A DNA stretch of 64,000 bases, from assembly GCF_009834535.1 (NCBI RefSeq), contig NC_045696.1, positions 54,748,001-54,812,000 of the forward strand. Reading direction: 5' to 3'. Numbering within the stretch: position 1 is the first letter of the stretch; each line of letters begins with the position of its first letter. This document shows, piece after piece, positions 37,300 to 51,884 of the stretch. Source of the stretch: Camelus ferus (taxonomy: Eukaryota). The notes below the pieces were generated by a model. It searched no databases. It had not been told where the DNA came from and worked only from the letters and a program-made list of their open reading frames with translations. Made by a program: the position numbers and the translations under genes.

Positions 37300-38942
37300 C
37301 AACAGATTCAGTGCAATCCCTATCAAAAACCCATTAATGATTTTTGCAGAAACATAAAAATTCATCCTAAAATTCATATGGAATCTCAAGGGGCCCTAAA
37401 TAGCAAAAATAATCTTGAAAAAGAACATAGCTAGAGGACTCACAATTCCTCATTTCAAAACATCCTAGAAAGCTAAAATCAAAACAGTGTAATATTGGCA
37501 TAAAGACAGACATATAAACCAATGGAAGAGAATAGAGAGCCTAGAAATAAAATGTTGCTTATATGGTCATTTGATTTTTGACAAGTGTGCCAAGGTCAGT
37601 TTTTGGCAGAAAGAACAATCTTTTCAATAATTGGTACTGATAAAACTGGATAAACACATGCCAAAGAATAAAATTGGACCCTTACTAAAAATGGCATACA
37701 AAAAACGAACTCAAAATGGAACAAAGGTCTAAATGTGTGACCTAAAACTGTAAAACTCTTAAATGAAAACATTGGGTAAAATCTTTATGATACTGAATGT
37801 GGCAATGATTTCTTGGATATGACACCAAAGACACAGGCGACTAAAGAAAAAATAGTCAAATTGGACTTCATGAAAATATAAAATCTTGTGCATTAAAAGG
37901 CATTATCAACAGAGAAAAAAAGAAATCCACAGAATGGGGAAATAGTTGCAAATATGATATATTCTTTTTTCCCCCAAGACTGCTGTCCTGAGAGAGACCT
38001 GATTGCACAGTGGCCCTTGGCTGGCATCTGGAACCTGATTAATATCCAACTATATAGATAACTCTTAAAATTCAAGAACAATAAAACTCAGTTAAAAAAT
38101 GGGCAGAAGACTTGAATAGACATTCTCCAAAGATATACCACGTCACTAAATATTAGTGAAATGTAAATCAAAACTATAATACTATCTCACATCCACTTGG
38201 GTAACTACTATCAAGAACCTAGAAAATATGAAGTGTTGATGATGATATGGAGAAACTGGAACCCTCTTACACTGTTGGTGGGAATGTAAAATAATACAAC
38301 TATTGTGGAAAACAGTATGGTGACTCTTCAAACAATTAAAAATAAGTGTCAAATGATTCACAATTCCTCTCCTGAGTATACACCCCAAAGAATAGATAAC
38401 AAGGTCTCGTAGAGATATTTGTATACCCATGTTCATAGCAACATTATTCACAATAGCCAAAACATGGAAACAGTCCAACTATCCAACAACAGATGACTGG
38501 ATAAGCAAAATGTGGTATGTACATACAATGGAATATTTTTCAGCCTTTAGATAGAAGGACATTCTGACACACGCTACAACACTGCTGAAACTTGAGGCCA
38601 CTGTGTTTAAATTAAATAAACCAGTCAAGAAGAGATAAATACCCTGATTCTACTTATATGAAGTATTTAAAGCAGCCAAAGACAACAAGTAGAATGATGG
38701 TTGCCAGAAGCTAGGTATAGAATTTCACTTTTACAAGATGAAAACATCTACAAGTATGGATGGTGGTGATGGATGCACATTATGAATGTATTTACTACTG
38801 CTAAACTTTACACTTAAAAACACACAAATATAAAACCACTATATTGTACACCTGAAACTAATATGTCCATTGTATTTCAATTTTAAAAAATAGTTAATAT
38901 CCAAAATTTTATGTTATGTTTATTTCACTACAGTAAAAATTG
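37300..38942 (+). mobile_element. Older L1 (L1MA/L1MB-like) ORF2 3' part and 3' UTR
   Basis: agattcagtgcaatccctatcaaa, ggcaatgatttcttggatatgacaccaaa, atgttcatagcaacattattcacaatagccaaaa, ggatggtggtgatgg. Confidence 0.85.
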
Positions 38943-41900
38943 GAGAAAGTCATACACATTTTAAAGAAATTAAGGGAGAAATATAGCTTTTTATATTTAT
39001 TCATATTTATCATTTCTGATACTCTTCAACCCTTTCCCCAAATCTGACTTTCTGTATATTATTATCTTACTTTAAAATGAAGTACTTCTTTTGGCATTTC
39101 CTATAGTTCATGTCTTTTGGTGATGAAATCTCTTATTATTTTTTTTTCCCAATAATGCCTTTGGTTTACTTTTGGGATATTCTCACTGGATATGGAACTG
39201 TGGGTTGTCTGAATTTTTTTCTTTGAGCACCTTAAAAATAATTGTCCACTGTCTTCCTATCTTCTGTTCTCCACTCTTGAGATGTCATTTATCATTCATA
39301 TCATTTTTCCCATGTATGAATGTTTTGGAGTTTTTACTCTCCAACTTCTTTTAAACATTGTTTTCCTCTACCTTTTCAATAGTGTGACAATCATTCACCT
39401 AGGTCTTTTTTCCTTGTATTTACCTTGCTGAGATTTGCTTCTTGTTTCTTTACATTTAGGTCTTTCAATACATTTGGAGAAATCCAATCATTTCCTTGAT
39501 TATATGTCTGTCTCATTCTTTCTTTCTCTTTTGTCCTTCTCAGACTCCAAATAGATGTACATTAAAATTTTTGATATTTACTCATGTCACTGAGGCTCTA
39601 TTCATATTTTTTTGCAGTTATTTTCTTTCTATACTTCTGGTTAAATAATTTCGGTTGCTCTATTTCAAATTCCATGATCTTTTCTTCTGTCATCTTTATT
39701 ATGCTGTTAAGCCAGTTCAGTGAATTTTTATGTCAGTTACCTTATTTTTAAGTTCTGGAATTAACACAAAGTTTTTATTTGTTTGTTTACAGTTTTTATT
39801 CTTATGCTGAGATTCTCTACCTGTTCTATCATTCTGAGCATACATTTTTTGTATCATTGGACAAAATTACAATGGCTGCTTCAAAATTTTTGTCTGGTAA
39901 CTCCAATGTCTTAGTCATTGCCAATTTAGTTTCTGTTGATTTCCTTTTCTCCTAAGTGTGGGTCACATTTTCTGTTCCTTTATTTATCTAGTAATTTTAA
40001 ACATTATATTTACTACATATTGTGACTGATGTATTATTGAAACTGGATTGTTATTGCCTTCTGAAGAATGCCAATTGTTTCTGTCTGTTTTAGCAGTTAT
40101 ATCAGCTGAACTCAAGTTCGAAGCTCTCCCCTTTGATAAGTAGACTACAATTTCTATTCAGTTATTTTAGTCTTATTGGACTTTTTGAAATGAGCTCTGT
40201 GCAATCATAGTTTATACATCAACCAGCAAGTTGGGCAGAGTTTATACACAGACTTTGGGTCTTCCCATCTGAGTCTCTCTTCTTTTCAGGATTTTCCTCT
40301 TACTTTTCAGTTGTGGGAATAGCCCAGAACCTTGCCCTCTGAGTCACACCAGCAGTGCTTCATGTTTCTAGCCACGTTTGCACAACACAGTGCAGCATGC
40401 ACATGACTGTGGCCTGCCTTCAGCCAGAAGGTCATAAAAAGAGACATTCATCCAGTATTTTCTTATTCCAAAAGTTGTTTCTGTCTGCTTTTGCCATCTC
40501 TACAGTGCTTTCAAATAGCTATTTTTATCCAGAGTTTATAAGTAGAGACTTGGACTTTCTTTGTGAGGAAATTTAAAGATCACTTTAATATGATTTGTAT
40601 GATTAAACTCATTTACATTTTAGTGATATGATTGGTGTTTGGTTTTAATTCTAAAAAATTATCTTAATTATATTTCCATATAATTTTTATACATTTGTTT
40701 TTTAATATTTTATATTAACAATCCTACTTTTTTGGCAGGGTCTTATTGTTTACTCTATTTTTAATTTTTTTTAGCATTTAAGATTTTATTTTTCTTCACA
40801 TATTTAGCTTGATATGTGTACCTTTAATAATGCCTAATGTTCTTATCACTCAGCTATTTGACTTTTAAATTTAATTGTTTTCATTTGACACCTATTACTA
40901 CAGAATAATCAATAGGCTTTTTTTCTATTTTTCTTTTTTCTCATCTTCTCCTTCCATGTTTTAGTTACATTACATCTGCATTGACAGAGTATTTGGTATA
41001 TGCATAATTTTACTTCTTGTCACCACTTTGCTTTTAAAGAAAAATAAAAACACATGGATAAACACTTTAAATATGGCATGTTACATAGTAAATATACATA
41101 AAATGATAGGACAAAATTGAAACCTAATACATCAGTCATATTACAGTATTACAATGGTCATAATCAGTTTTTTGACAGTTTAATCAGAAATCATTTAGCT
41201 TGGATAGAACTTGTTCACTGGTAGATTCCTCAGGAAGAACTTTTGAGTATAGTATTTCCTGCTTCTCACAGGTTAAGTCCTATTTATTGTCACTTTAATA
41301 TTTCATTATAGCATGGCTGAATAAAAAATCCTATGGTTCAGTTTCTTTCCTAGAGTTTATGAAAAATGCTACTCTGCTGTTTTTTTGTTTTGTATATTGT
41401 TGTTACTATGATGCCAATATTAATTTTCCCCTTATTATATGAATTGGTCTTTTTGTCTAGAAGCTTGGGGTACTGTTTTGTTGTTCTTCCTTTCAATATT
41501 AACTTCTAAGAATTGTATTATGGTATTTTTTGGAGTCATCAGTTTCTGGCCTAGTTTTTCCAGAGATAGTGGGCCCTTGCAATAAGTAAACTAAGGTGTT
41601 TTATTTCTAGAAATTTTCCTGAAAAATAGTTTTTAAAACAATTCTATTCCATTGTAATTGTTTTTGATTTTTTGGGAACTTCAATTATATGCAACTTGGG
41701 TCTTCATTTTCCTACTTCTATTTATTGATCACTTTGCTCTGATCCTCTTATACAACTTTCTTTATGGTACTTTGGCTATTTTTATGCCTTGTTCCCTGTC
41801 TTCATTTTTTATTGATTTTTATCTTTTCCTTCTATTGCATTTCTGACTATGGTCCTATTTCAGGTTTCTGATTTTTTTCAATATTTTGGGAGTTTTAATA

Positions 41901-43155
41901 TTTCTTATTTATGTTGTTTTTACATTTCCACAAAAGCTTGTTAATAACATTTAATCTAGGTCAGAATGTTACATGTTATAGTTTTTTTCTGCTTCATGAC
42001 TATTCTTTTAGGAAATTTTTCATAAGCTCAAAATTTTTATTGTTATTTTCTGTTTTCTTTCTATATAACTTCGCATAGACATGGAAGACCACTTGTTTTT
42101 CTTGAGATATTTTATATTCTGGGATTAACAAGCACTTGTATGCAGACGTGGCTGAAGGGCCTTAGATAGCTAAGTTTTATAGTTGAGATCACTCTTTTCT
42201 GTTGATATAGTAAAAAATATTCTTTTAGAAGGGGGTAGTTGTGTTTTTCTGATTTTGTGATTCTGTTTGTTTGTATATAAAAGCTACTTTTATATACCCT
42301 TGACATTAAAGACAAATGCTTGGCTAGATACACAATCTTTGATACATACTTCCTCCCTTTGACTTTCTTAACAAGTGCTCTTTAATATCTAACTTCTTGT
42401 TTCCTTTTCCATTGTTACTACCAAGTCTCAGAAAGAGACTTCCCTTTCCAAGTTTTCTCCCTTTTCACCAGAAGCAGTGCCATTCTGAGCCTGTCACTTT
42501 GAGTCCTGCACACAGACTTCTTTCAATTCTTAAATAACTAGTGTCTAAGTTACTGGTAACCTATCTTCAATATTTTCTTACTAAAGGTAGCATTCTCTTT
42601 CTAGGGGTAATTTTTTTGGTGTCTCATTACTCTTGGTCCCCTTGTTCTTGTGTCTTCTTTCTACCTCTATCTCTCCACACAAGCATGGGTTCTGGAGTTA
42701 TATTGGTGCAATTTGGGTGTTTATTGCCTTGTTTATGCATGACTGAAGGTTTGTAGTGATTTCTATGTCCTAGGCATGAGTCATAGGTGGTTTTATTTCT
42801 TCTTTTTGTCCTCTATGGGTATTTTTGAGGATGTGTCAAAACTTTACTTATACTGTTGTTATCATCCTCTGAAATATCAGAACCCAACAATTGCTCTGAA
42901 ACTGGTTCTGATTAGCTCCCATTGGAAACAGAAAAGCCAGAGTCATAGGGATATGATGGGTCACAAAGACATATAAGAGGACTAATACATAGAATCTGTA
43001 TGGCATTAAGATGAAGATTCAAGAGTGTTCCTCTTATTTGTCTCTATTTTCAATAATCTTAAATATAAGTAAGCCCTGATAAATATGCATCAGGGAGAAA
43101 ATATGATTTTAGAAGCTGTCTATTGAATTCCTCTGGAACAACAAAAGTATGTGTC

Positions 43156-45360
43156 TATGTAGATTGAATTATAGCTCTAAATTATTCATTCCCTTCTAAT
43201 ACTGGTATATATCCATATCATTGCCATAGCTCTGTGGTAAGCAGAATATTATTACTCACCTATTTTCTTGAGTATAGGTAGCATAAGCAAAAACTTGAAA
43301 TATGTTCACATTTTGGGGTTTGCTTTCTTGAACTCTTGTTTTTAGCTTCAAGAAGATCATGCCTCAGATACTTGCCTCTCCATAGAGAATGAGAGCCACA
43401 TTGTGCAGATCTGGATCTAATCTGAAGCTTGTATGCAAACTCAGTTTCAGCAGAATTAAAGATCATCCATGGTTGCGTGGATAAGGAAATAATTTACTGA
43501 TGTAAGCCACTGAGTTTTAGGGTGGTTGGTTATGCAGTGTCATTCTCACAATTGCTACCAAGGAAAGCTACTATAAAACCTAAAACTGGTGGCAGTGGTG
43601 TGGGAACTGGCAGCAGGTGACAAGCATACTATAATAGGAGGCTAGAAAAATTGTGAAGAAAATTACAAAAAGTAGAGAAAACATCAACCTATGCCACATA
43701 GTGGCTAAATATTTGGTAAAACTGTCAGTCACGATAATGGGGAGAACAGAAAATATATGTAATGAACTTGTCAAGTTGATTGAGGAGATTTTGAGGTAGA
43801 TTGCTGAAATCTTGAGGTGGCCACTACAGGCAGCATTTGATAAAGTTCTCTAAGACGGGAAAAAAATGGCCAGGGTAAAAATAGAATTGAGAGGAAATAT
43901 GAAAAATCCAGAAATGCTAAGACTACAAAATTGGAAAGTTAAACTGTTTTCCACCATATTAAATATATGGTTATTAAGATATAGCCTCAGGGGAAAGAAT
44001 AATTCTTTTGTACTTCCAATAAAATATAGCCTCGGAATATGACAAAATTAAATGTGTGGCTATAATACCATTTTTTAAACCTCTGAAAGAATTAAATGAA
44101 CACCTAGTAGAGGTCTTCAGCTGGTTAAAAATGGGGGATGTCTCCTAGAAAGCTTAAGGGTGTGGTCCCCCAGACGTCTGACACGCAGGGGAACTATAAT
44201 TGCAATGAAAGTAAGAGATGTGTCTCAGAAATAATTGTGGTTGTAGGTATTGGAATATAAAAATGACTAGAATCAAATACATAGAGATTTTATGGTTTTT
44301 GAGAGAGTTGTATTGGCAAAATTTCTCTAATCTGGACTAACTGAGAATGAAAGTGTTCAGGATGTAAAAAGACCTTTGAGACTTCTCCTTTCTCTATGTG
44401 GAAAGCAAGCTTAAAACATTCTCTGCTCTGAAAAAAAGCTCATTTTCCCATGTATTCTTCCAAAGGGGCCAACATTTCTTTGGAAAAGGAAAGACCTCCT
44501 GGATGACACAAAATAAGCAATGGAGAGTAATGGCATTAATTCCCAGAGGCAGGCACAGGGACTAATCAAAGAGCAGTGTGTGCCCCTAGTATGGGTAGAT
44601 TTGGTAATGTTTGTCCAGCAGGAGTACGAAATTTCTAAGACCATTGACTGATATGTGCATTCCCTTATCACTCTTTCTCAATGGGAATGTTTATGATGCT
44701 TCTCCTATCTTTGTTATACCACTTGTACTTTAGATTCTGATGAAAATTCATTTAGCTCATAGGTTTCTGGGTCACGGAATATTACACCTGTATATAATGT
44801 AGATCTTCGTACCCTGGACTTTGAGTCTGCTACTATGACTTTTGATGAAAATTTGGGGGGTGGTTTACATAGGGTTGAGTATATTTTATATGTGAGTAAT
44901 TGTGACCAACAAAGAAGCTATGAGGTTTGAAGCATTATTTTCAGTTCTTAACTCTCCTGCCATGATAATGTATATCCATACCCTTGTCATGGTGGAAGGA
45001 CTGAACTAACCAACTCTTGCTTTGGGCTTGATCACATGACTTGCTTTAACCATAAGATGTTAGTGGATGTGACACAAATAAAGGCTTAAAAAGTTCTTTG
45101 ACATTGAACTTGCATTCTTGTACTCCTACCTTTCACATATGAAGTATATGCCTTTGGTAGCTTTGGGGTCCAAGAAGGATGAGAGACACTTGGAGATGGT
45201 CTACACCCAACCTGCCATTTGAAGTTGAGCCCAACAAAACCCACACAAACCTAACCATGATCAGCTGAACCTCAGATCCATGAGCATGAGATAAAAATTT
45301 GTTCTTTATGCAACTAAACTGGGAGGTTTTTCCCCACAATATCATTATGGCAATATTTAA
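43156..45360 (+). mobile_element. Full-structure MaLR provirus (MLT1H-like): LTR ~43156-43555, internal ~43560-44918, LTR ~44919-45360
   Basis: Two related LTRs share tatatccata..ttg.catg/catag and gatgagag.cac. 5' LTR end tgtaagccactgagttttagggtggttggttatgcag. MLT-int-like start aaaacctaaaa..tggcagtgg..tgggaactgg and end cctggactttgag...tattttatatgtg. Confidence 0.75.
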
Positions 45361-46249
45361 ATTATTCACTCTCTTTTACTTAACAAAATAGTTTGATGAA
45401 CCTTTGATAATGAAGAGAATGCCTATTACATTGTCTCAAAGGAGCATAAATGAAGAAAAGGTTGAATTTCATGCCATAAGATAATAACATATATTTGCAA
45501 AGAAGACCAAGGGCCCAAGCAAAAGTGGATGGACATAATGGAAGAAAGTTATCCTGAAATGAAATAACACTGGAACCTTTAGGTTACAAGTCTATATTGT
45601 TTTCCAGTATGAAATGGAATCAAAATCTTATATAGCAAGTATACCCTGGTGAAGTGCACAATTATTTCTTCTTTTGATTAAAATAACACTCAAATTTTAA
45701 AAATATTCTTCAGTCAATTCTTGTGAGCATTCTTCACCATAGTACCTTCAGCGCTCAGTAGAAGGAAGGTCACAGAGCTAGTTCATTCAGAGTCCATAAC
45801 CCCTCTGACTGCTGACAGGTCCATGGTGGAGATGACCCTCAGGTCAGTCAGAGACCTGATGTTAGTTTTCAAGGTGGATTTAGGAAAGAACAGCTTTTCT
45901 TTTCTTGGTGCTAACATTTGAAAATCCGTATCTGGACTTGCTTATAAATTCCTAATTTTCCTAAGTACCTCTCCACATAAGCCTTTACTTGGAAATAATG
46001 AATTAAGCACATGACACAAAGCACAGAATGGAAACAAATAAGAACCTGACTTCATATAAGTACTTATTTCCAGTTGTCCTTAATGGGAGTGATACTCCTC
46101 CCCTTCTCAGTCAGTGTGAATGAACTTTCAAATCTCTCTATTTTTGCTCATGTCAGTTCATATTTAATTTCTGTCACTTTCATTGAAACTTCCCTAGCGA
46201 ATGTATCAGACTTCAATTTAAAGAAAAACTCCTATAGCACTCTGATAGG

Positions 46250-49200
46250 GAAATAAAGCAGTTAACTTATCAAGATTGAAAAAACATCCTCAGAATTTTT
46301 TACACTAACATTTACTTCCAACTAGATGTAAGAATAATATCTGTAAGTTCTGAATTTTGAGTGGATAAAGAAAAAAATTATAAATCAAGATTTTATACTC
46401 ATTTAAATCATTTTGAACATATAAAAGTGAAGACTGACATTCTTAAACAAATCAGAAATACAGCAAATATAAATTCTTAAAATCAGCTTACTAGAGGAGT
46501 CTAACCAAAGATTGAATCAAAGAACTTGGGAATGAAGACACCATAATATGAAAACATTGGGAGTAAAAACTGAATACCATGGATTATGGAAGCATTGAGT
46601 TATAGCAAAATAAAAGTGTAAGTGATGTTTAAAGAAAAGAAAAAAGATGCTAAGACACTGAGAGAAAAAATACACCATTTGAAAACAACAATATAACTTC
46701 AATGGATTAGACTGAAATTCCAGCACAACAATAAAAGTCAAAGGTTAGGGGTAGGGAAAAGGTGAGAGTACGAACTAATTTCCTCATCATTTAGATTAAA
46801 AATTTAATGTATAATGCTTTACTTTTAAAATGGAAAAGTATGAAATAAAGACGTTAGTATATTATTTAAACTATAAACATACTCATCAACAGAGGCAATA
46901 AGAAAAAATACTACAGAATTTTCAAGTTGATGGAGTGGCAATGGAAGGTAGGAAACACGGATCATTGGCAGAATGTAAAAGGAATACAGTAAGGCATGTT
47001 AAAATATACTTAAAAACAAAATAATTGTCAATTAAGGTAAAATATAATGTTGGTAAACGTAATTTGAGATAAACCCTACTATAAAAATGTAAACTAAGTT
47101 TGTACTAACCAAAAACAAAGCTATAGGTCATATGTAACAAATGTAATATAAGATAAATGAATCCAAACATTCAAAGTAAAAGAATGATGAATATAAACCA
47201 GGCAAATGCTACTGCCAGGAAAGCTGATATGTTCATAGTCACATCAAACAAGTCTGAGTGAGGAACCAAAGTATTAAATGTGACAAAGAAGAGTGTTTCA
47301 ATAGTAAAGAACATAATTAACAGGTAGAATATTGCTGTCATCATTCTTTAAGCCACAAATTAACATAACATTAAAACACAAAGCCAAGACTGCAAGAGAC
47401 ACAAGGAGAAATGAAAAATAGAGAAATAGTAATTTTAACTCACTTTTTAACTCACATAGACATTTTAACTTACTTTTCTCAGCTCACAATAAAAATATGG
47501 AATGATCAGAATAGTACAATATTAATATGATATTACAAAATAAAATCTCTGATAAATAGGATATGATATCCCTAATGGACTTTTATGAAAGTTTACTATA
47601 TACTAATCTAGAAACACTACCACAAATTCAAATCTAAAATGCTGAAATGGTGCAGATAACATTTTCTGACATATTATAATATAATACAGTAAAACAACAG
47701 CAACAAAAATAAAATTACCCACAAACATAGGTAAAACATTATCTGACATAAATCTCAGCAATGTTCTCCTAGGGCAGTCTATCCAGGCAATAGAAATAAA
47801 AGCAAAAATAAACAAATGGGACCTAATTAAACTTATAAGCTTTTGCACACCAAAGGAAACTATAAGCAAAACAATAAGACAAACTACAGAATGGGAGAAA
47901 ATATTTGCAAAACATGAGACTGACAAGGGCTTAACTTCCAGAATATATAAACAGCTCGTACAATTTAATAATAAACAAACAACCCAATCCAAAAATGGGC
48001 AGAAGACCTAAACAAGCAATTCTCCAATGAAGATATACAAATGGCCAATAGGCAATGTGAAAAGATGCTCAATATCACTAATTATTAGAGAAATGTAAAT
48101 CAAAACTACAATGCAGTATCACCTCATACCAGTCAGAATGGCCATCATTCAAAAGTCCACAAATGATAAATGCTGGAGAGGTTGTGGAGAAAAGGGAACC
48201 CTCCTACACTGCTGGTGGGAATGTAGTTTGGTGCAGCAGTTATGGAAAACAGTATGGAAATTCCTTAAAAGACTAAAAATAGACTTACCATATGATCCAG
48301 CAATCCCACTGCTGGGCATAAATCCAGAGGGAACCTTAATTCAAAAAGATACATGTACCCCAATGTTCATAGCAGCACTATTTACAATAGCCAAGGCACA
48401 GAAACAACCTAATTGTCCATCGACAGATGACTGGATAAAGCACTTGTGGTATATTTACAAAATGGACTACTACCAGCCATAAAAAATAATAAAATAATGC
48501 CATTTGCAGCAACATGGATGGACTTGGAGAAGGTCATTCTAAGTGAAGTAAGTCAGAAAGAGAAAGAAAAATACCATATGATATCACTTATATGTGGAAT
48601 CTAAAAAAAAAAAAAAAAAAGACAACCTTACTTTCAAAACAGAAAGAGACTCACAGACATAGAAAACAAACTTACAGTCTTATAGTTACCAGAGAGGAGA
48701 GAGGGTAGGAAGGGCTAAATTGTGAGTTCAAGATTTACAGATACTACTATATGTAAAATAGACAAACAACAAGTTTCTTCTGTATAGCACAGGGAACTAT
48801 ATTCAATATCTTTAGTTACTTATGGTGGAAAAGAATATGAAAACAAATATATGCATGCTCATTTATGACTGAAGCATTATGCTGTACACCAGAAATTGAC
48901 ACAACATTGTCAACTGACTATATTTCAATATATATACATACATACACAAAAAAAGATGAAATTTTTAACTTCCAGTTCAGAAAGGAAATCAAGACTGAGA
49001 TAATGGAATATCTAGAAAACAGCAGTAGTAAAAATATTGTATATCAAAACCATGAGTTGAAACTCAATTTGTGCCCGTAAGATTTGTATCTTTACATATG
49101 ACATCAATAAACAAAATGAAAAGAAATTAAGTACTCAGTGCAAGAAGATAAAAATCACAAGCCAGGAATGCAAAAGGAGGGAAACATGATAAATTGGACA

Positions 49201-51395
49201 TTGACAAATGTATCACAAAGGATAGGTAAAAAACAAAGAGAAGAAAAGAAAATTCAAGGGCTAGCTTGTTGAAAGAAAAACAAATAGAAAAGATAAACAA
49301 CAGTCACCATAATTAAGAACAAATAAAATAAAACACCACTAGGCAGTTTTAATACTGATTATTCATATGTAACACACTTGGAGAAACACCTTCATGGACA
49401 AAAAGGAAAGCTTTCAAATAGATTTCATAAAACCCATATACCAGTCATCTCTCAAACCTAACAAAAGCAACACATTTCAAAAGAAAAAGAAAACTAAATA
49501 CTGCCCAAGAATATGTATGCAGAAATGTTACGTTAAATATTAGCACAAAGAATCATGCAATATATGAAAATAACAAATAACTATAACCATGTACTGTTTA
49601 CAGAGCAAGAATGTTTTAAAATAAGGAAATTAATTTATTTGACTTCAATATTAATAAGTCAAAATAAAAAAAGACCATTTCACTAGCTTCTGCAAGGACA
49701 TTTAACAGAATTAAACATTTATTCCTGATGAAAATACTTAATAATACCAAAGATATAACTCCTTGCCATTATAAATGTGACCAAATTAGCAAACAGCCAC
49801 CACTGTGTCAAATTGTAAAAAAAACAGAAAGATTTTCTTTAGTTAGGAAAACTATATGGATATCTACACTCAATACAGTTATTTAACAATACTTTGAAAG
49901 TTCTAGTCTATATGTAGATGCTGGAGAATTAAATATACAAAAAATACTGAATAGAAAATGTTATGCTTGTTATTTGCTACTAATATAATTTTACAACTGG
50001 GGAAATTATGAGAAATCACTGAAAAAAATCTATATGAAAAATATGAATTTAGTAAGGTGACTTGGTCACAAAATTAATATACAAATACCAATGGCTTTTT
50101 GTTATAAAATATAACATAAGAAAAGATTCCATTAAGTTATAGCAACAAAAATATACAACTAGGAATAAACTTGCATGGCATTTTTAATAATAATATGGAA
50201 AAAATAATCAAAGGACACAGGGAAGATGAATGAAAAATTATACTGTATTTGTGGAGCAAAAAAATCAGAAAAGCTTAGTACTGTAAAACTATTCATCCTC
50301 AAATTTGTCTAGAAATTTAATGGATCTTAATAGAAATAGTAACAGGATTTTTTTGGAACTTGAAAAAAGTTGATACTAAATTTAGTCTAAATTTAAAAAC
50401 ATGGAGAGATAATCAAGAAATTTTTCTTAAAAAAATTAGAATAGACTACCTTTAAAATTAATAAAAGTAAAAATAAGTCAATATCAACAAAATATTTTTA
50501 TTACTGGCTGGGGCTATACAAATCAATGGAATATTCTCCAATCTTCAGATAAAAATATAAAAATTTAATATATGTTAAATGTATTACAAATCAGTGAGAG
50601 AAAATACATATTACTAACTTTTTTTTTTATGGTACTAGTGACCAGCACTCATACCAGCAAAGTGAAATTCAGATGTATCCTTGGTTCAGTACTTAAACTA
50701 AAACAAGTTTGAGATGCAGTTAAGGTCTAAAATTTTAAATATAACAAGAGAATAAAAATACTAAAATAAAACACAGGAGACTGTTTTTAATATAGAGTGG
50801 GGACGAATACTGAACATGGCTTCATAAAGATTAGAAATGTCTGTAGGAAAAAATTAAGTAACGTAAATAAATGGGGAAATTATTTGCAACTCTACGACAC
50901 AGGCAAACTTTCCTTAATATAGAAAGATTTTAAATATCAAAAAGAAAAAAAATGAATCATCAACAATAAAAATGCATAGAGCACAAAAAAATTGTTTATA
51001 TAGAATGTACACATATGAAAAGTTACTCAGCCTCATTCATATTTAAATAAATCATTTTAGACATTCATTGCTTTATTAGATTGAAATGATTAAAAATTAT
51101 AATAGTGTTGGCAAAAGTCTGGGCTAGAAATAGATACTCTCCTATACTATTGGGGAGAGTGTTAATTAGCACAGTCTTTTTGGACGGATATTTAGTTAAG
51201 TCTATCAAAAATTTAAATGCACATACCTTAGCTCAGCATGTCCTCTTTCAAGAACAGTTTTCTACAGACACACTAGCAAAAGTGCCCCAGAAAACAAACA
51301 CAAGAATGTTCATTATTGCACTGTTAATAACAATGAAAAAGTGGTTAGAGAAAATGTTTATCATAAAAGAACTGGCTAAATATATGATGATACAC
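46250..51395 (+). mobile_element. Ancient, highly decayed L1 (L1ME-like) hosting a young L1 and the ERV
   Basis: A-rich sense L1 motifs: tcacaaaattaatatacaaa, aactaggaataaactt, aggattttttggaacttga, caagaatgttcattattgcactgtt. Confidence 0.65.
47722..48955 (+). mobile_element. Young 5'-truncated L1 (ORF2 C-terminus + 3' UTR)
   Basis: ORF 48111..48482 ([18 protein letters not shown] zinc-knuckle...[11 protein letters not shown]). Approximate TSD aaaaataaaatt/aaagatgaaatt. Confidence 0.92.
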
Positions 51396-51397
51396 AT

Positions 51398-51816
51398 TGC
51401 TGAAGGAGGTCATCAAAAGGACATGATCGCAGGTTAACCTGCGAGCCAGACCTGATCAATCAGAGGCTCCTCACCCCCAACTCTCTCCTTGGAAACTACA
51501 TTCGGCCCACTTTCCCACAGCCAGAGCCATTTTCAAGGATGTAGCCTTAGGAAAGCCAGGTGATGTTGAGACCATCTGGACTGGATACAAGACTGAACTC
51601 AGTTCAAGCCTCTACAGAACCTTTTAAGATTCTGGTGGGCAGGTGTGGAGATCTACTCCTGGTGCAGCCACCCAAGACAAGTTCGGTAAGTTTCCTCACC
51701 TATTAAACATGCAATCTACCAATCTAGAGTGGTTTGCCTCCTTCTTTGGTCTCTCCCTGCCCTCCTTGTGCAGTAGCCAGTTTTAGATTTCTCCTGGGGA
51801 GTGGTTCAGACCCACA
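51398..51816 (+). mobile_element. 5' LTR of a class III endogenous retrovirus
   Basis: TG...CA termini, ATTAAA at 51702-51707, PBS immediately downstream, homologous to two solo LTRs in the window. Confidence 0.85.
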
Positions 51817-51818
51817 AT

Positions 51819-51836
51819 TGGTGAGCCAGTCAGGAG
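51819..51836 (+). promoter_or_regulatory. Primer-binding site complementary to tRNA-Arg(ACG)
   Basis: TGGTGAGCCAGTCAGGAG versus expected TGGCGAGCCAGCCAGGAG (16/18, both C>T), 2 nt after the LTR terminal CA. Confidence 0.8.
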
Positions 51837-51884
51837 ACTGAAGAAATGAGTCTTAGGGAAGAGGCATCAACCAGGGAAATCCTG

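Larger units (their letters stand above)
35740..40560 (-). mobile_element. Ancient antisense L1 (5' ORF2/ORF1 region), interrupted by two later L1s
   Basis: aatctatgccttttaattg..tttaatccatttaaatttaatgtaatta and ccactgtcttc..ttctgtt motifs typical of antisense L1M. Confidence 0.6.
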
